From an uncultured Planctomycetales bacterium (GTDB lineage: Bacteria; Omnitrophota; Gorgyraeia; Zapsychrales; JAHFFX01), in the NCBI GenBank assembly GCA_964620805.1, contig CAZUJQ010000002.1:6253-70252 (forward strand): a DNA stretch of 64,000 nucleotides, given 5' to 3'. This document shows positions 47,757-57,958 of the stretch, piece by piece (the first letter of the stretch is position 1; each line of letters begins with the position of its first letter). Both the position numbers and the translations under genes were made by a program. The notes under the pieces are model-generated. The model saw only the letters and a program-made list of their open reading frames with translations. It ran no database searches and was not told the DNA's origin.

Positions 47757-48718
47757 AGCCATCTTAAGACATCCTGAGCATGATAGCTGATAATGATATC
47801 TGCACCGGCCCTTTTCATGGCGGTCAGGTTTTCCAGGACCACCGCCTTTTCCTCCAGCCATTTTTGCTGGGAAGCGGCTTTGATCATAGCGTATTCCCCG
47901 CTGACACTATAGGCCACAAGGGGGACGTTCAACTCCCGTCTTAAAAGAGAAATCACATCGAGATAAGGAAGGGCCGGTTTCACCATAATGAAATCCGCGC
48001 CCTCCGCGACATCCTGGGCGGCCTCCTTAAGGGCTTCTCTCTGATTGGCGTAATCCATCTGATAGCTCTTGCGGTCCCCAAACTGAGGAGGCGAATCCGC
48101 GGCATCCCGAAAAGGCCCATAAAACGAAGAGGCATACTTGACCGCGTATGACATGATAGGGACATCTGGAAATCCGTTTTGATCCAGGTCGTCTCTGATA
48201 TGCGCCACCCGGAAATCCATCATATCCGAGGGAGCGATGATATCTGCTCCGGCCTGGGCATGTGAGACGGCCATCTTCCCCAACAAGATCAGGGTCTCAT
48301 CATTGTCCACCTCTCCTTTTTTATTGACCACCCCGCAGTGGCCGTGGCTCATATAAGCGCATAAACAAACATCGGTCACAACCAGAAAATCCGGGAATTC
48401 CTTCTTGACCGCTTTCAGAGCCTTTTGCACAATGCCAGAGGAAGAAGTGGCGGCCGTGGCTTTCAAATCCTTTTTTGAGGGAATCCCGAAAAGAAGACCT
48501 GTCTTGCCTCCTGCTTGAATATACTTTTCGATGGCCTTAACGAGGCCATCCACCGAATACCGATAGATTCCCGGCATGGAAGGAATGGCTTCTTTCTTAT
48601 TTTGACCCCCTACGACAAAAAACGGCTGAATGAGTTGATCGGGGCTGATATGCGTCTCACGCACCAAACGCCGGATCCCGTCGTTTTGCCGCAAACGTCG
48701 ATAGCGATGCCTAAACAT
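47753..48718 (-). CDS. hemB: Porphobilinogen synthase
   Basis: DVCLC.Y..HGHCG, PSDMMD, FYGPFRDA, MVKPA. Confidence 0.95.
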   Translation of the reverse strand: MFRHRYRRLRQNDGIRRLVRETHISPDQLIQPFFVVGGQNKKEAIPSMPGIYRYSVDGLVKAIEKYIQAGGKTGLLFGIPSKKDLKATAATSSSGIVQKALKAVKKEFPDFLVVTDVCLCAYMSHGHCGVVNKKGEVDNDETLILLGKMAVSHAQAGADIIAPSDMMDFRVAHIRDDLDQNGFPDVPIMSYAVKYASSFYGPFRDAADSPPQFGDRKSYQMDYANQREALKEAAQDVAEGADFIMVKPALPYLDVISLLRRELNVPLVAYSVSGEYAMIKAASQQKWLEEKAVVLENLTAMKRAGADIIISYHAQDVLRWL

Positions 48719-50852
48719 AGCCTCTCCTTGGATCATTTACTTTCATAAGTATCTCACTCTCATATCCTTTTTCTTTTAACGTCTGATGCGTTGACGGCCC
48801 CCGGCTTAAAATCTGCCAATGACCGGGGATCTCGCCGTAGGCCTCCAGAAAATTTCTCACAATCGAGGGACTGGTAAAAAGAACCTTGCGGATCCCCCCC
48901 ATCGGAAGTTCCTGGAAGGGTGTTTTCCGGTTTTCATAAACGACCAATTCCTGGACACAAGCGCCCAGTCGATTAAGCTCTTCTTTAATATAAGGATTTG
49001 GCAATGAGGAACGGGGAAACAAAATCCGTTTTCCTTTAAGATCATATTTTTCTTTTAAGGTCTGCACGAGACCAGGCCCGGTTTCAAGGGCGGCAATGAT
49101 CGTGGGTTGAATACCGTATTCCCTAAGCAGCGAAGCAGTCTCGCCTCCGATCACGGCCCAATCCAGCTTCCTCGCGTTTAAAGGCAATGTTGTCCCTTCT
49201 CTAATGATCTTTAGAAAATTTCGTATTGTCTCTTCCCTAATGATTTTTAGGAAATACCGCACGGCAAAGCGGCTGGTCAAGATGACCATCTGATAGCTTC
49301 CTAGCTCCTCTCGGATTTGTTCTTTTTGCTGGGCCGTGAATTCCACGGGAACGATATCAATCATAGGAAGATGGACAATCTGGCCTAGGAGTTTGTATTT
49401 ATCAGGATGGGTCCCGAGATACAGGATCCGTTCGTCGGATGTTTTTTCATCGAGGGATTCAAAATGGGTTGACGTATTCGTATCCCAGAATTTAACCACT
49501 GCTCCAATAACAATGAGTGCCGGTGGCTCCAGATGTTGGTTTAAAACAAGCTGTTCAATCGCCTCGATCGTTCCACAGATGAGTTTTTGATCCCAGCGCG
49601 TTCCCCGGGAAATAATCAGGACCGGCGTGTCCTTTTTCCATCCGGATTTATTTAGCGATTGGATAATGAGTTTAAGACGGGTTAACCCCATCAGAAAGAC
49701 AATCGTGTCAACTTTCGGGATTTCCAGGGGTTGGGTGGCGTCAGCGCTCTCCTCCGGGCCGTGGGCGCTTAAGAAGGCGACCGAAGAAGAAACCCCCCGG
49801 GCGGTCAAAGGAATTCCCAGGCTGGATGGGATCCCCGTTGCGGAGCTGATCCCAGGAATGATTTCCACCTCGATATGATAAGCCCGAAGATATTCAATCT
49901 CCTCAGCGCCGCGGCCGAAAATCAGAGGATCGCCGCCTTTGAGGCGCACCACGTTTTTTCCCGCCATGGCGTTTTGGCGGAGCATCTTGGAGAGCTCGCT
50001 TTGTGGCAGGGTGTGTTCCCCTTTTCTTTTTCCCACATAAATCTTCTCGGCTTTGCGGGCATACCTTAACAGAGATTTATCAATAAGATAATCATAAAAG
50101 ACACAATTAGCCCTGCGCAGGGTCTTGATGGCCTTGAGGGTGATGAGTTCCGGGTCGCCGGGACCGGCCCCTACCAGAACGACCTTTCCGTATCGGGCGC
50201 GTACATCCAGGGGTTTGCATAATGCCTTGAGCTCCTCATCTTCAACGCGGCCCACTACGGCGAGCTGTCCTTGTAAGGGAGTGCTCTCCCACGGCATGAT
50301 TTCCGTGATTAAGTGTTCGAGATTCAAGCGTTTGAGAGCGCAGGTGGCCACAATCAGACCATCGATTTTGTTCTGATCAAACAAACTCAAACGCTCTTCA
50401 ATTGTGCCCCGCACCTGAACGGCCGTGGTGTTGGGATTTAAATTTTTCAGGGATTGGCTTCTCATGAGGCTGCTGGTTCCGATCTTTGATCCGGCCTTAA
50501 GATCGGCTAATTTGTTGTGAGCCACGAGACTGTCGGTTTCATCAAGGGAGGCGGTCAAGGCAAAGATCTCCAGGCCTGGGTGCTTCTTTTGGGGAAGATC
50601 TTTGGCGCTATGAATCGCCAAGTCAATCTCTTTTTTAAGAAGAGCCTGATCCAGGCTATCGGTAAAGAAATCATCCGGCACATTTCCCGATAAAGGAGTT
50701 GTTTTATCCAGATCTCCAAGGGTTTCATAGAGAACAAGCTCATAGCGGAGATCTATTCCCTGGGTCTTGGCCAAGGAAAGAACCTCTTCCACTTGTTTTA
50801 TGGCCAGCCGGCTCCGGCGGGAGCCGATTTTAATGGTTCGTTGAGTCGACAT
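48711..50852 (-). CDS. HemC-CobA-HemD fusion (hydroxymethylbilane synthase / uroporphyrinogen-III methyltransferase / synthase)
   Basis: GSRRSRLA, HSAKD, GTSS (HemC); VGAGPGDPELIT, RLKGGDP (CobA); LTS, IG..TA, FTSPS (HemD). Confidence 0.9.
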   Translation of the reverse strand: MSTQRTIKIGSRRSRLAIKQVEEVLSLAKTQGIDLRYELVLYETLGDLDKTTPLSGNVPDDFFTDSLDQALLKKEIDLAIHSAKDLPQKKHPGLEIFALTASLDETDSLVAHNKLADLKAGSKIGTSSLMRSQSLKNLNPNTTAVQVRGTIEERLSLFDQNKIDGLIVATCALKRLNLEHLITEIMPWESTPLQGQLAVVGRVEDEELKALCKPLDVRARYGKVVLVGAGPGDPELITLKAIKTLRRANCVFYDYLIDKSLLRYARKAEKIYVGKRKGEHTLPQSELSKMLRQNAMAGKNVVRLKGGDPLIFGRGAEEIEYLRAYHIEVEIIPGISSATGIPSSLGIPLTARGVSSSVAFLSAHGPEESADATQPLEIPKVDTIVFLMGLTRLKLIIQSLNKSGWKKDTPVLIISRGTRWDQKLICGTIEAIEQLVLNQHLEPPALIVIGAVVKFWDTNTSTHFESLDEKTSDERILYLGTHPDKYKLLGQIVHLPMIDIVPVEFTAQQKEQIREELGSYQMVILTSRFAVRYFLKIIREETIRNFLKIIREGTTLPLNARKLDWAVIGGETASLLREYGIQPTIIAALETGPGLVQTLKEKYDLKGKRILFPRSSLPNPYIKEELNRLGACVQELVVYENRKTPFQELPMGGIRKVLFTSPSIVRNFLEAYGEIPGHWQILSRGPSTHQTLKEKGYESEILMKVNDPRRGYV

Positions 50853-50947
50853 TTTAGACTTTATATCTCAAATCAGGTGGGGCTCATTATATCAAACGGA
50901 TGGGAAGTAAGGGGGGAATTTTTTGGGGTGGGGATTAAGACCGCGGG

Positions 50948-53023
50948 TTAAAGGTTACCAACCAGTTTTTTGATTTTCGCCAATTGTGCGCGGGCGGCTT
51001 CCTCTCCGCTTTTAATCAACCGATCCACTTGATAAATTTCAAACCAGTTGACACCGATAAGCTCGGGGTGAATGACACAATCGGCCTGCTGGGCGCTCTG
51101 CTCGGCAATAACATATTCGCTGGCCTGTAGGGTGCGGATAATGATATCAGGGATATTGGGTACAAAAAGTTTTTGCAGCCGCACCCCAAGAAACTTCCAG
51201 GGAGAGTGGAAAAAGGGGATCTTATGATCTTCCTCCAGCTGTCTTTTGTCCAGCTCATAGCCTTTGGAAACATCTTCCGGAGATTGAAGGACATTGACCG
51301 CAATGATCTTTTTGATTCCCATCCGCGTCAACACATTGGTGGGTAGGGGATTTAAGACCCCACCGTCAATGATCATCTGATTCCCCTTGATCACGGGGAC
51401 AATCACACCGGGGATCGCGATGCTTTCGCGGACAGCCTCCACGAGGCCTCCCTCTTCAATGATTTGCTCTTGCCGGTGGATGAGATCGTAGCTGGTGATT
51501 TTGAGGGGGATTTTCGTATCGGCAAAGGTCTTATCTCCCAAGTGTTTCCTAAGCCATCTTTTGATGAACCGGCCTCCGATAAATCCCAATAGAGACAGAG
51601 CCGGGTCCAACAATTTAAGGCCCTTATACTCTTTTTCAAACTCCCGGGCGATGGCTTCGATTTGATCCGCCTTGTTCCCAACGACCCAAAGACTCGCGAT
51701 GACCGCTCCCATGCTGCTTCCCACCACCAGATCAATAGGAATCTTTTCTTGTTCCAGAACCCGGATGACCCCGATATGGGCAATCCCCAGGGCCGCGCCG
51801 CCTCCTAAAACGAGCCCCACCATAACCCCTCCGATTCGACGCGCCATCGAGGTGACCGCCAGGGAATACGCGCTGTTCTCATCCGGGAGAATGGCGGTGA
51901 TATCTTCGGAGACGATCGCTCGATTTAATTGCGAGCGCTCAATAAATGGGAGAAAACCGGTGACCGGATAATCCAGAATTTTATGGGTCTCCTCCCGGGA
52001 TAATGGCGCTTGCGGATCCAGATCGCTGATGATCACCTGAACATGGTCTTTGTCAAATTTCTCTTTTAATTTCCGCTGGATGTCATCAATCACCGGACGG
52101 CTCAATTTCAAATTTTTTTCCCTGCGAAGCGAAACCAAATGCACGACATCTGACTGCGTTAACGTCTGCAAGACCACATCGTCCATGTCGTTGGGGAGAT
52201 CCACCACCACATAATAATAATCATAGACCAGGCTGCTCACTAGCTCATTGATGTGACGGGTGGCCGTCTCATGATGAGGATCAAAACTGACATTCAAAAG
52301 GTCTAGGTTGAACTCACCGGTTGTGATGTGTTGTTTGATCTTGCGATGATCCGCGATGAGCTCCGGGAGATACACGCCGGGCTTTTTCCATTGAGGAGAG
52401 GCCTCTCCCACCGCAGAGTCGGGGAGCGGTTCATTGTGCAAGATGGAATTGATATGGAGAAAAATGACACGGCGCTGGGTTTCCCGTTTGAGGCTGAGGG
52501 CGAGATTCATGGCATAGGTCGAACTGCCCGAGCCCTTGACCGGACTGTAAATGGAAATGACGGTGTTCTCTAAGAACGGCTCACTTCGGGTAATCTTGTC
52601 TCGGATCCTTTTGGAGAGGCTCTGGGTCAGCCCAATCCCGAGACCCGGAATCGTCTTGGAGAGATTTAAGAAATCTCCTTTAGGGATTTTGATGACAGTC
52701 GAGTCATTGAGGGCCTCTACGGTTTGAGAATGATTCTCACCGGTAAAAATGGAAACAACCCCGAAATGCATCCCCCTAAAAATGAATTCCACATTCTGTT
52801 TTTTCCCGCTGGGGCTTAAGGTATAAGCCTGCAGACGCCCGGAAACCAGACAATAAAAACCACCGCCCGGGGTATCCTCCTGGCAGATGATATCGCCTTT
52901 TTTATATTCTTCTAAGATGCATTTTCTGGCAATGACGGTGAGCTCAAACCAATTGAACTGGCTGAAAATGGGCAGCTGTTTGATGATGGAAATTTTTTGG
53001 GAAATTTGAGAGAATCCGTTCAT
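50948..53023 (-). CDS. cNMP-binding + ParA/CpaE-like + patatin phospholipase
   Basis: N-terminal cNMP domain (HFG), SPVKGSGSST deviant P-loop, GGGAALG, GSSMG, DGG. Confidence 0.85.
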   Translation of the reverse strand: MNGFSQISQKISIIKQLPIFSQFNWFELTVIARKCILEEYKKGDIICQEDTPGGGFYCLVSGRLQAYTLSPSGKKQNVEFIFRGMHFGVVSIFTGENHSQTVEALNDSTVIKIPKGDFLNLSKTIPGLGIGLTQSLSKRIRDKITRSEPFLENTVISIYSPVKGSGSSTYAMNLALSLKRETQRRVIFLHINSILHNEPLPDSAVGEASPQWKKPGVYLPELIADHRKIKQHITTGEFNLDLLNVSFDPHHETATRHINELVSSLVYDYYYVVVDLPNDMDDVVLQTLTQSDVVHLVSLRREKNLKLSRPVIDDIQRKLKEKFDKDHVQVIISDLDPQAPLSREETHKILDYPVTGFLPFIERSQLNRAIVSEDITAILPDENSAYSLAVTSMARRIGGVMVGLVLGGGAALGIAHIGVIRVLEQEKIPIDLVVGSSMGAVIASLWVVGNKADQIEAIAREFEKEYKGLKLLDPALSLLGFIGGRFIKRWLRKHLGDKTFADTKIPLKITSYDLIHRQEQIIEEGGLVEAVRESIAIPGVIVPVIKGNQMIIDGGVLNPLPTNVLTRMGIKKIIAVNVLQSPEDVSKGYELDKRQLEEDHKIPFFHSPWKFLGVRLQKLFVPNIPDIIIRTLQASEYVIAEQSAQQADCVIHPELIGVNWFEIYQVDRLIKSGEEAARAQLAKIKKLVGNL

Positions 53024-54870
53024 TTGATAATATCACTCTCCAGCCATTCGAATTCCTTGGCCAGAACACCCTTGGCGATCCGGATCGTTTTTGGGTCGTG
53101 GTTGGATTGATTTTCTTTAAAATTGGCTTCGATGCGTTTTCTCGCTTCCCGGCAAAAGAGATCCGCCAATTCTATCGAATTTTTTGTGATGGAATTCTTG
53201 GCGAGGTGCCCCGCATAGGAAACACTGGCGGCCATGGCAAAAAGATCGGTTCCGATATCCACAACGCGGTTTAAGAGACTCTGTTTGGATTCTAACTTTT
53301 TTTGGTGTCTCAGCATGGCCTGAAAGATCACCCGGCCTAAACGCCGGCTTTTGCTATCAATGAAATTTAGATGATCGACAAGGTTCCCTGGCATAGTTCC
53401 CAAGAAGCCTGTTTTTACGAAAGGTTTCCAGAGCTTAAGATACCACGTCAGGTAATGAAGACCGATAGAGACAGCGTTTTGCATTCGTTTTCCAAACTTA
53501 AGCTTGGGATCGAGAAGCGCTTTGAGCCGTGTCAGATGCGGATCTAGGGCCTCGCGCGCAATAAAAAGGTGCATAATCTCCGTTGTCCCCTCGATGATGA
53601 GATTGATCCGGACATCCCTAAGAACCCTTTCCACCGGCCAATAATCCGCCCCCCTTGCCCGAAGAGAAGAGGCCTGCTCGTATCCCTGGCCGCCGCGGAT
53701 TTGGAGGGTATCATCCACGATTTTCCAGCTATGATAGGTGCAAAAATGTTTCGCCATGGCTGCCTCCAGACGGATATCCTTCTTTTGATCGTCCGCCATG
53801 GCGGCGGTCAGCCAACTGACGGCCTCCATCGCAAAGGTATGGCTGGCCATGGAACCCAGTTTTAATCCGATCGCCTCATGCTCGCCGATGGGCTGGCCCC
53901 ATTGCTTTCGTTTGGCAGCCCACTGCCGGGCCACGTGCAAACACCATTTGGCGATTCCCGCTGAAGCCGCTGGAAGCGTCAAGCGCCCGGTGTTGAGTGT
54001 GGTAAGAGCGAGTTTCAATCCCTCGCCTTCTCCCAGGATGATATTTTCTCGGGGGATCTCGACGTCTTTCAAACGGATCAGGCCATTTTGGATCCCGTGC
54101 AGTCCCATGAAATGGCAGCGGTGGACCACCTCAAAGCCTGGGGTATCTGTCTCCACAATGAAAGCGGTGAATTGTTTTTGTTCTTTGCCATTGACGATTT
54201 TCGGGGGTGTGACCGCCATCACCACGATGACGCCGGCGATGGGACCGTTGGTGCACCATAACTTTTCGCCGTTCAAGAGAAAATATTTCCCATCTTCCAT
54301 TGGGGTTGCGGTTGTGGTCATCTGCCGGGGATCGGAACCGGCGCCTTCTTCGGTTAAGGCAAAGGCGGAAATCATCCCTTGCGCAAATTTGGGAAAGTAT
54401 TTTTTCTTTTGCTCTGGGGTTCCAAAAAGCTTTAGGGGCTGCGGCACTCCAATGCTTTGATGCGCCGAAAGCAAGACCGCCGTGGATCCGCAAAAACTAG
54501 CGACCAGATGAATGGCACGGTTATAATTCACCTGGCTTAAACCTAATCCTCCATATTCTTTAGGGATCTTGATGGCAAAGGCCTTCAGGTCCGCAAGGCC
54601 TTGAATGACCTCCGGAGGAATTACACTGGTTCGATCCACTTCATCCGGGTCCAGTCTCTCTTTGAGCAATTTTTCGAGTTTAGACAGCAATTCGTCGCCT
54701 TGTCTTTTTTCCTCTTCGGATTGAATGGGAAAAGGATAGATCAATGGCCAATCCACAACGCCATGAAAGAGTTTCAAGGCGAAGCTCGGGTACTTCCACT
54801 CCTTCTCCCGTGCCGCCTCAACGAGTTCCAGAGAGGCCCTCTTCTCTTCGCTGATGTGTTTGTCGAACAC
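53020..54870 (-). CDS. Acyl-CoA dehydrogenase
   Basis: AFALTEEGAGSD, GEKLWCTNG, QIRGG.GY, IIEGTTEI. Confidence 0.95.
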   Translation of the reverse strand: MFDKHISEEKRASLELVEAAREKEWKYPSFALKLFHGVVDWPLIYPFPIQSEEEKRQGDELLSKLEKLLKERLDPDEVDRTSVIPPEVIQGLADLKAFAIKIPKEYGGLGLSQVNYNRAIHLVASFCGSTAVLLSAHQSIGVPQPLKLFGTPEQKKKYFPKFAQGMISAFALTEEGAGSDPRQMTTTATPMEDGKYFLLNGEKLWCTNGPIAGVIVVMAVTPPKIVNGKEQKQFTAFIVETDTPGFEVVHRCHFMGLHGIQNGLIRLKDVEIPRENIILGEGEGLKLALTTLNTGRLTLPAASAGIAKWCLHVARQWAAKRKQWGQPIGEHEAIGLKLGSMASHTFAMEAVSWLTAAMADDQKKDIRLEAAMAKHFCTYHSWKIVDDTLQIRGGQGYEQASSLRARGADYWPVERVLRDVRINLIIEGTTEIMHLFIAREALDPHLTRLKALLDPKLKFGKRMQNAVSIGLHYLTWYLKLWKPFVKTGFLGTMPGNLVDHLNFIDSKSRRLGRVIFQAMLRHQKKLESKQSLLNRVVDIGTDLFAMAASVSYAGHLAKNSITKNSIELADLFCREARKRIEANFKENQSNHDPKTIRIAKGVLAKEFEWLESDIIK

Positions 54871-54907
54871 GTTGATTTGTAGATCTCCTTCTTACCCTAA
54901 CCACATC

Positions 54908-55192
54908 CTATTTCAAATACCTCTCCGCCAGCGTCCCGACCTCTTCCACGCGCACCCCGCTATGCCAAACGCAATCCGGATAAACCATGATATTGACCCC
55001 CTGACTGCACTGACCGAGGCATTTGGCCTGGGCCACGCGGATTTTGGGATGCAACCCCCGTTCCTTGGCTAGACGCCGTAATTCCTGAAAAACCACCTCG
55101 CCCTGATGATCGGCGCAGCTGGGGCTCTGGCCCTGACGGTCATTGGTGCAGACAAAGATTTGCTTTTGATAGGGGATCTCTTTGGTATTCAT
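54908..55192 (-). CDS. Thioredoxin-like [2Fe-2S] ferredoxin
   Basis: FVCTN..C...CLGQC..G...VYPD.VW. Confidence 0.85.
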   Translation of the reverse strand: MNTKEIPYQKQIFVCTNDRQGQSPSCADHQGEVVFQELRRLAKERGLHPKIRVAQAKCLGQCSQGVNIMVYPDCVWHSGVRVEEVGTLAERYLK

Positions 55193-55210
55193 GGTTTGTA
55201 CCTTCTTTCC

Positions 55211-55279
55211 TCCGACATCTTTTAAGGATGATATAACAAATCAAAGGCAACCTTGGAACACTAGAAACATGGGCGACTT
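55211..55279. repeat. Degenerate family A element (core plus right arm)
   Basis: TCCGACATCTTTTAAGG ... AAGGCAACCTTGG ... GAAACATGGGCGAC. Confidence 0.6.
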
Positions 55280-55322
55280 GACTCCTCGGTGACTTCCACG
55301 AGATTTTGGCTTTCGGGGAGGT

Positions 55323-55853
55323 TCATTGGTTGATTTGAAAAGAATTGATCATATCCCACGCCGTGCCGGCATAGTCCTTATAATGATCCGCGTCAGCGGT
55401 AAAGGTGATGATGTACGCTTTATAACCCTGGATCATCCATACCTGGAGGATCTTAATATCAAACTCGGCCTTGACCACATACTCAATCTTATGGCCGACT
55501 TTACCGGCCAAAACCGCTGGACTCGAATCTAGAACTTCAATGTTCTGGTACATGACCCGCAGTTGATTAATGGCCATCTCGCTAAATTGCATCAGGGGCA
55601 TGGGACGCCCCCCTAAGTCCTGGACCGTGATGTTGAGATTCTCTTGAAAGACATCCATACGGTCTTTCCTGGGAGACTTAAAAGCCACAACCGCCAGGCC
55701 CTCTGCCTTTTCATGGACGGTCCAGTCCTTTGGGTATTTGATCTTAATGCCATAAACAGATTCCTGGTACCATTGATAGCGAGAGGCGCAGCCGGATAAA
55801 GCCGTACTCAAAATAATTAAAATGGATATTGTAAAATTTCTAAAATAGTTCAT
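55323..55853 (-). CDS. PsbP/DcrB-like lipoprotein
   Basis: Lipobox LSGC, IKYPKDW, ENLNI, AYIITFTA..MINSF. Confidence 0.7.
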   Translation of the reverse strand: MNYFRNFTISILIILSTALSGCASRYQWYQESVYGIKIKYPKDWTVHEKAEGLAVVAFKSPRKDRMDVFQENLNITVQDLGGRPMPLMQFSEMAINQLRVMYQNIEVLDSSPAVLAGKVGHKIEYVVKAEFDIKILQVWMIQGYKAYIITFTADADHYKDYAGTAWDMINSFQINQ

Positions 55854-55855
55854 TG

Positions 55856-57958
55856 CTAAATCTCCTCCCTCAACCGCCACAAATACTCACACGGACGAAA
55901 GCGCTCAGCCTTCAACGTCAGTTCAAAACCTTTAAGGGCATGAGTGATCTTATCAATGCCAACACTCTTAGCGTAATGGATAAGCCCTCCCCGAAAAGGC
56001 GGAAAACCCGTGCCTAAAATCATGCCTATGTCGAGCGTATCGGGATCGTCCACAATCTGCTCCTGTAAGCAACGCGCCGCTTCGTTAATCATCGTATAGA
56101 TCATCCGCTGCAGACACTCCTCGGGTGTCGTGCTGCGGTTGTTTTTATTCGTAAGGAATTGATAGATCGCGGGATTGGGGGTCCTTTGACGATTGTGGAT
56201 GTAAAATCCTTTTCCGGATTTTTTACCCAAGAGGCCCTGGAGATAAACCTTTTCAAAAATGTCAACGGGTTTAAACCGCTCTCCAAAGCTCTCTTTAAGC
56301 AAATGCAGGACCTTGATCCCGATATCCAAACCCACCTCATCCGACAACCGGAAAGGCCCCATGGGCATCCCAAAATCCGTTATGATCCTATCAATCCATT
56401 CCAGTTTGGTCCCTTCTTCTAAAAGCCGGCCGGCCTCGTTGACATAACTTAAGAGAATCCGGTTGATCAAAAACCCGCAGGAATCTTTGACGAGGATGGG
56501 AGTTTTCTTAAGGCGCCTGGCCAAATGAAAACTCGAGGCCAGGGTTTCGGGAGAGGTGAATTCGGTTTTGATAATCTCCACCAAAGGCATACGGTGGACC
56601 GGATTAAAGAAATGAAAGCCAACGACTCGGGAAGGATCGTTGGTCGCTTTGGCGATCTCGGTAACCGATAAGGCCGAGGTGTTGGTGCACAAGACGGTCT
56701 CTGGTTGCGTCACCTCTGCCAGCTCTTTGAAAATTCTTTTTTTGATGTCTGGATCCTCGACAACGGCCTCTAGGACGCAATCGGCCTTGGCAAAGCCGCT
56801 GTAATTCAGGCTGATGGTGATCTGTCCCATGCGTCGTTCGGCTTCAAATTTTTTAAGCTTTCTTTTTTGAACCGCCTCCTGATAAATCTTGTGGGCCGCT
56901 TTAAGTCCCTTGGTCAGCGCTTCATAATTGACATCTTTGAGCCTGACCGAGATTCCCTTTGAGCTTAAAATCTGCGCGATCCCACCGCCCATCACGCCGG
57001 CGCCGACCACAGCGCATTTCTCGATCGTCTTCGGCTTAATTTGTTCTGCTCCCGATGGTAAAAATTTCTTAAATCGCTCTGTTAAGTAATAAACCTTAAT
57101 TAGATTCTTGGAGACACGACTGACGACCAGCTCACCGAAGGCCTGGGCCTCGATCTGAAGGGCCCTTGAGCGCCCGAGCTTGTGAGCCTTTTGAAGGACA
57201 TCCATGGCCTTCAATGGCGCGGGATAAAATCCTTTCGTCCTTTGTTCAGCCATCTTTCGGGATTGGGAAAAGAGAATCGATTGGCCGGCACGGTTGGATT
57301 CTAGGAATCGGGTAAGCGGATCCTTGTTAAAGCTGCGCGGTTTGACTTTCTTGGCTAAGATTTCATCAAGAAATTCTCGGAGAGATTCATTGAGGCCATT
57401 CTGAGAAAAAAGACGATCCACTAAACCGATCTTATAAGCTTCCCATCCGCTTAAGACCCTTCCTCCGGAGATAATTTTGATAGCTTCCTTAAGACCCACA
57501 AGCCGAGGCAGGCGATAAGTTCCGCCGAATCCGGGAATAACTCCCAGATTCACCTCGGGAAGGCCGATCTTCACTTTTTCGTTAAACGTGGCCACGCGAT
57601 AGCGGCAGCTTAACGCCAGCTCGCAGCCGCCCCCTAAGGCCACGCCGTTGATGACGGCCACCGTGGGGACTTTGAGATCTTCGAGTTTATTCAAAACGTC
57701 TTGACCGGCTTTGGATTTGGCTTCGCCGTCTTTAGGATCGGTAATGAGTTCGATCTCTTTGATGTCCGCGCCAGCGAGAAAGACATCCTTTTTCAAACTG
57801 GAGATGACAACGCCGGCCAAAGAGCTCTTGTTTTGCAACTCATCCAAGATCCTCACAAGCTCCTCCAGCACTTTGGCCGTCAAGAGATTGACCTTGGCCT
57901 CGGGCTGATCGAATTCAATAAAGGCGATGTTGTTTTCAATTCGAAATTCTACGGGCAT
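55856..57958 (-). CDS. fadJ: Fatty-acid oxidation complex alpha subunit (enoyl-CoA hydratase / 3-hydroxyacyl-CoA dehydrogenase)
   Basis: AGADI, ALGGG.ELAL, PEV.LG, VGAGVMGGGIA, HFFNP, GFPPFRGG. Confidence 0.9.
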   Translation of the reverse strand: MPVEFRIENNIAFIEFDQPEAKVNLLTAKVLEELVRILDELQNKSSLAGVVISSLKKDVFLAGADIKEIELITDPKDGEAKSKAGQDVLNKLEDLKVPTVAVINGVALGGGCELALSCRYRVATFNEKVKIGLPEVNLGVIPGFGGTYRLPRLVGLKEAIKIISGGRVLSGWEAYKIGLVDRLFSQNGLNESLREFLDEILAKKVKPRSFNKDPLTRFLESNRAGQSILFSQSRKMAEQRTKGFYPAPLKAMDVLQKAHKLGRSRALQIEAQAFGELVVSRVSKNLIKVYYLTERFKKFLPSGAEQIKPKTIEKCAVVGAGVMGGGIAQILSSKGISVRLKDVNYEALTKGLKAAHKIYQEAVQKRKLKKFEAERRMGQITISLNYSGFAKADCVLEAVVEDPDIKKRIFKELAEVTQPETVLCTNTSALSVTEIAKATNDPSRVVGFHFFNPVHRMPLVEIIKTEFTSPETLASSFHLARRLKKTPILVKDSCGFLINRILLSYVNEAGRLLEEGTKLEWIDRIITDFGMPMGPFRLSDEVGLDIGIKVLHLLKESFGERFKPVDIFEKVYLQGLLGKKSGKGFYIHNRQRTPNPAIYQFLTNKNNRSTTPEECLQRMIYTMINEAARCLQEQIVDDPDTLDIGMILGTGFPPFRGGLIHYAKSVGIDKITHALKGFELTLKAERFRPCEYLWRLREEI

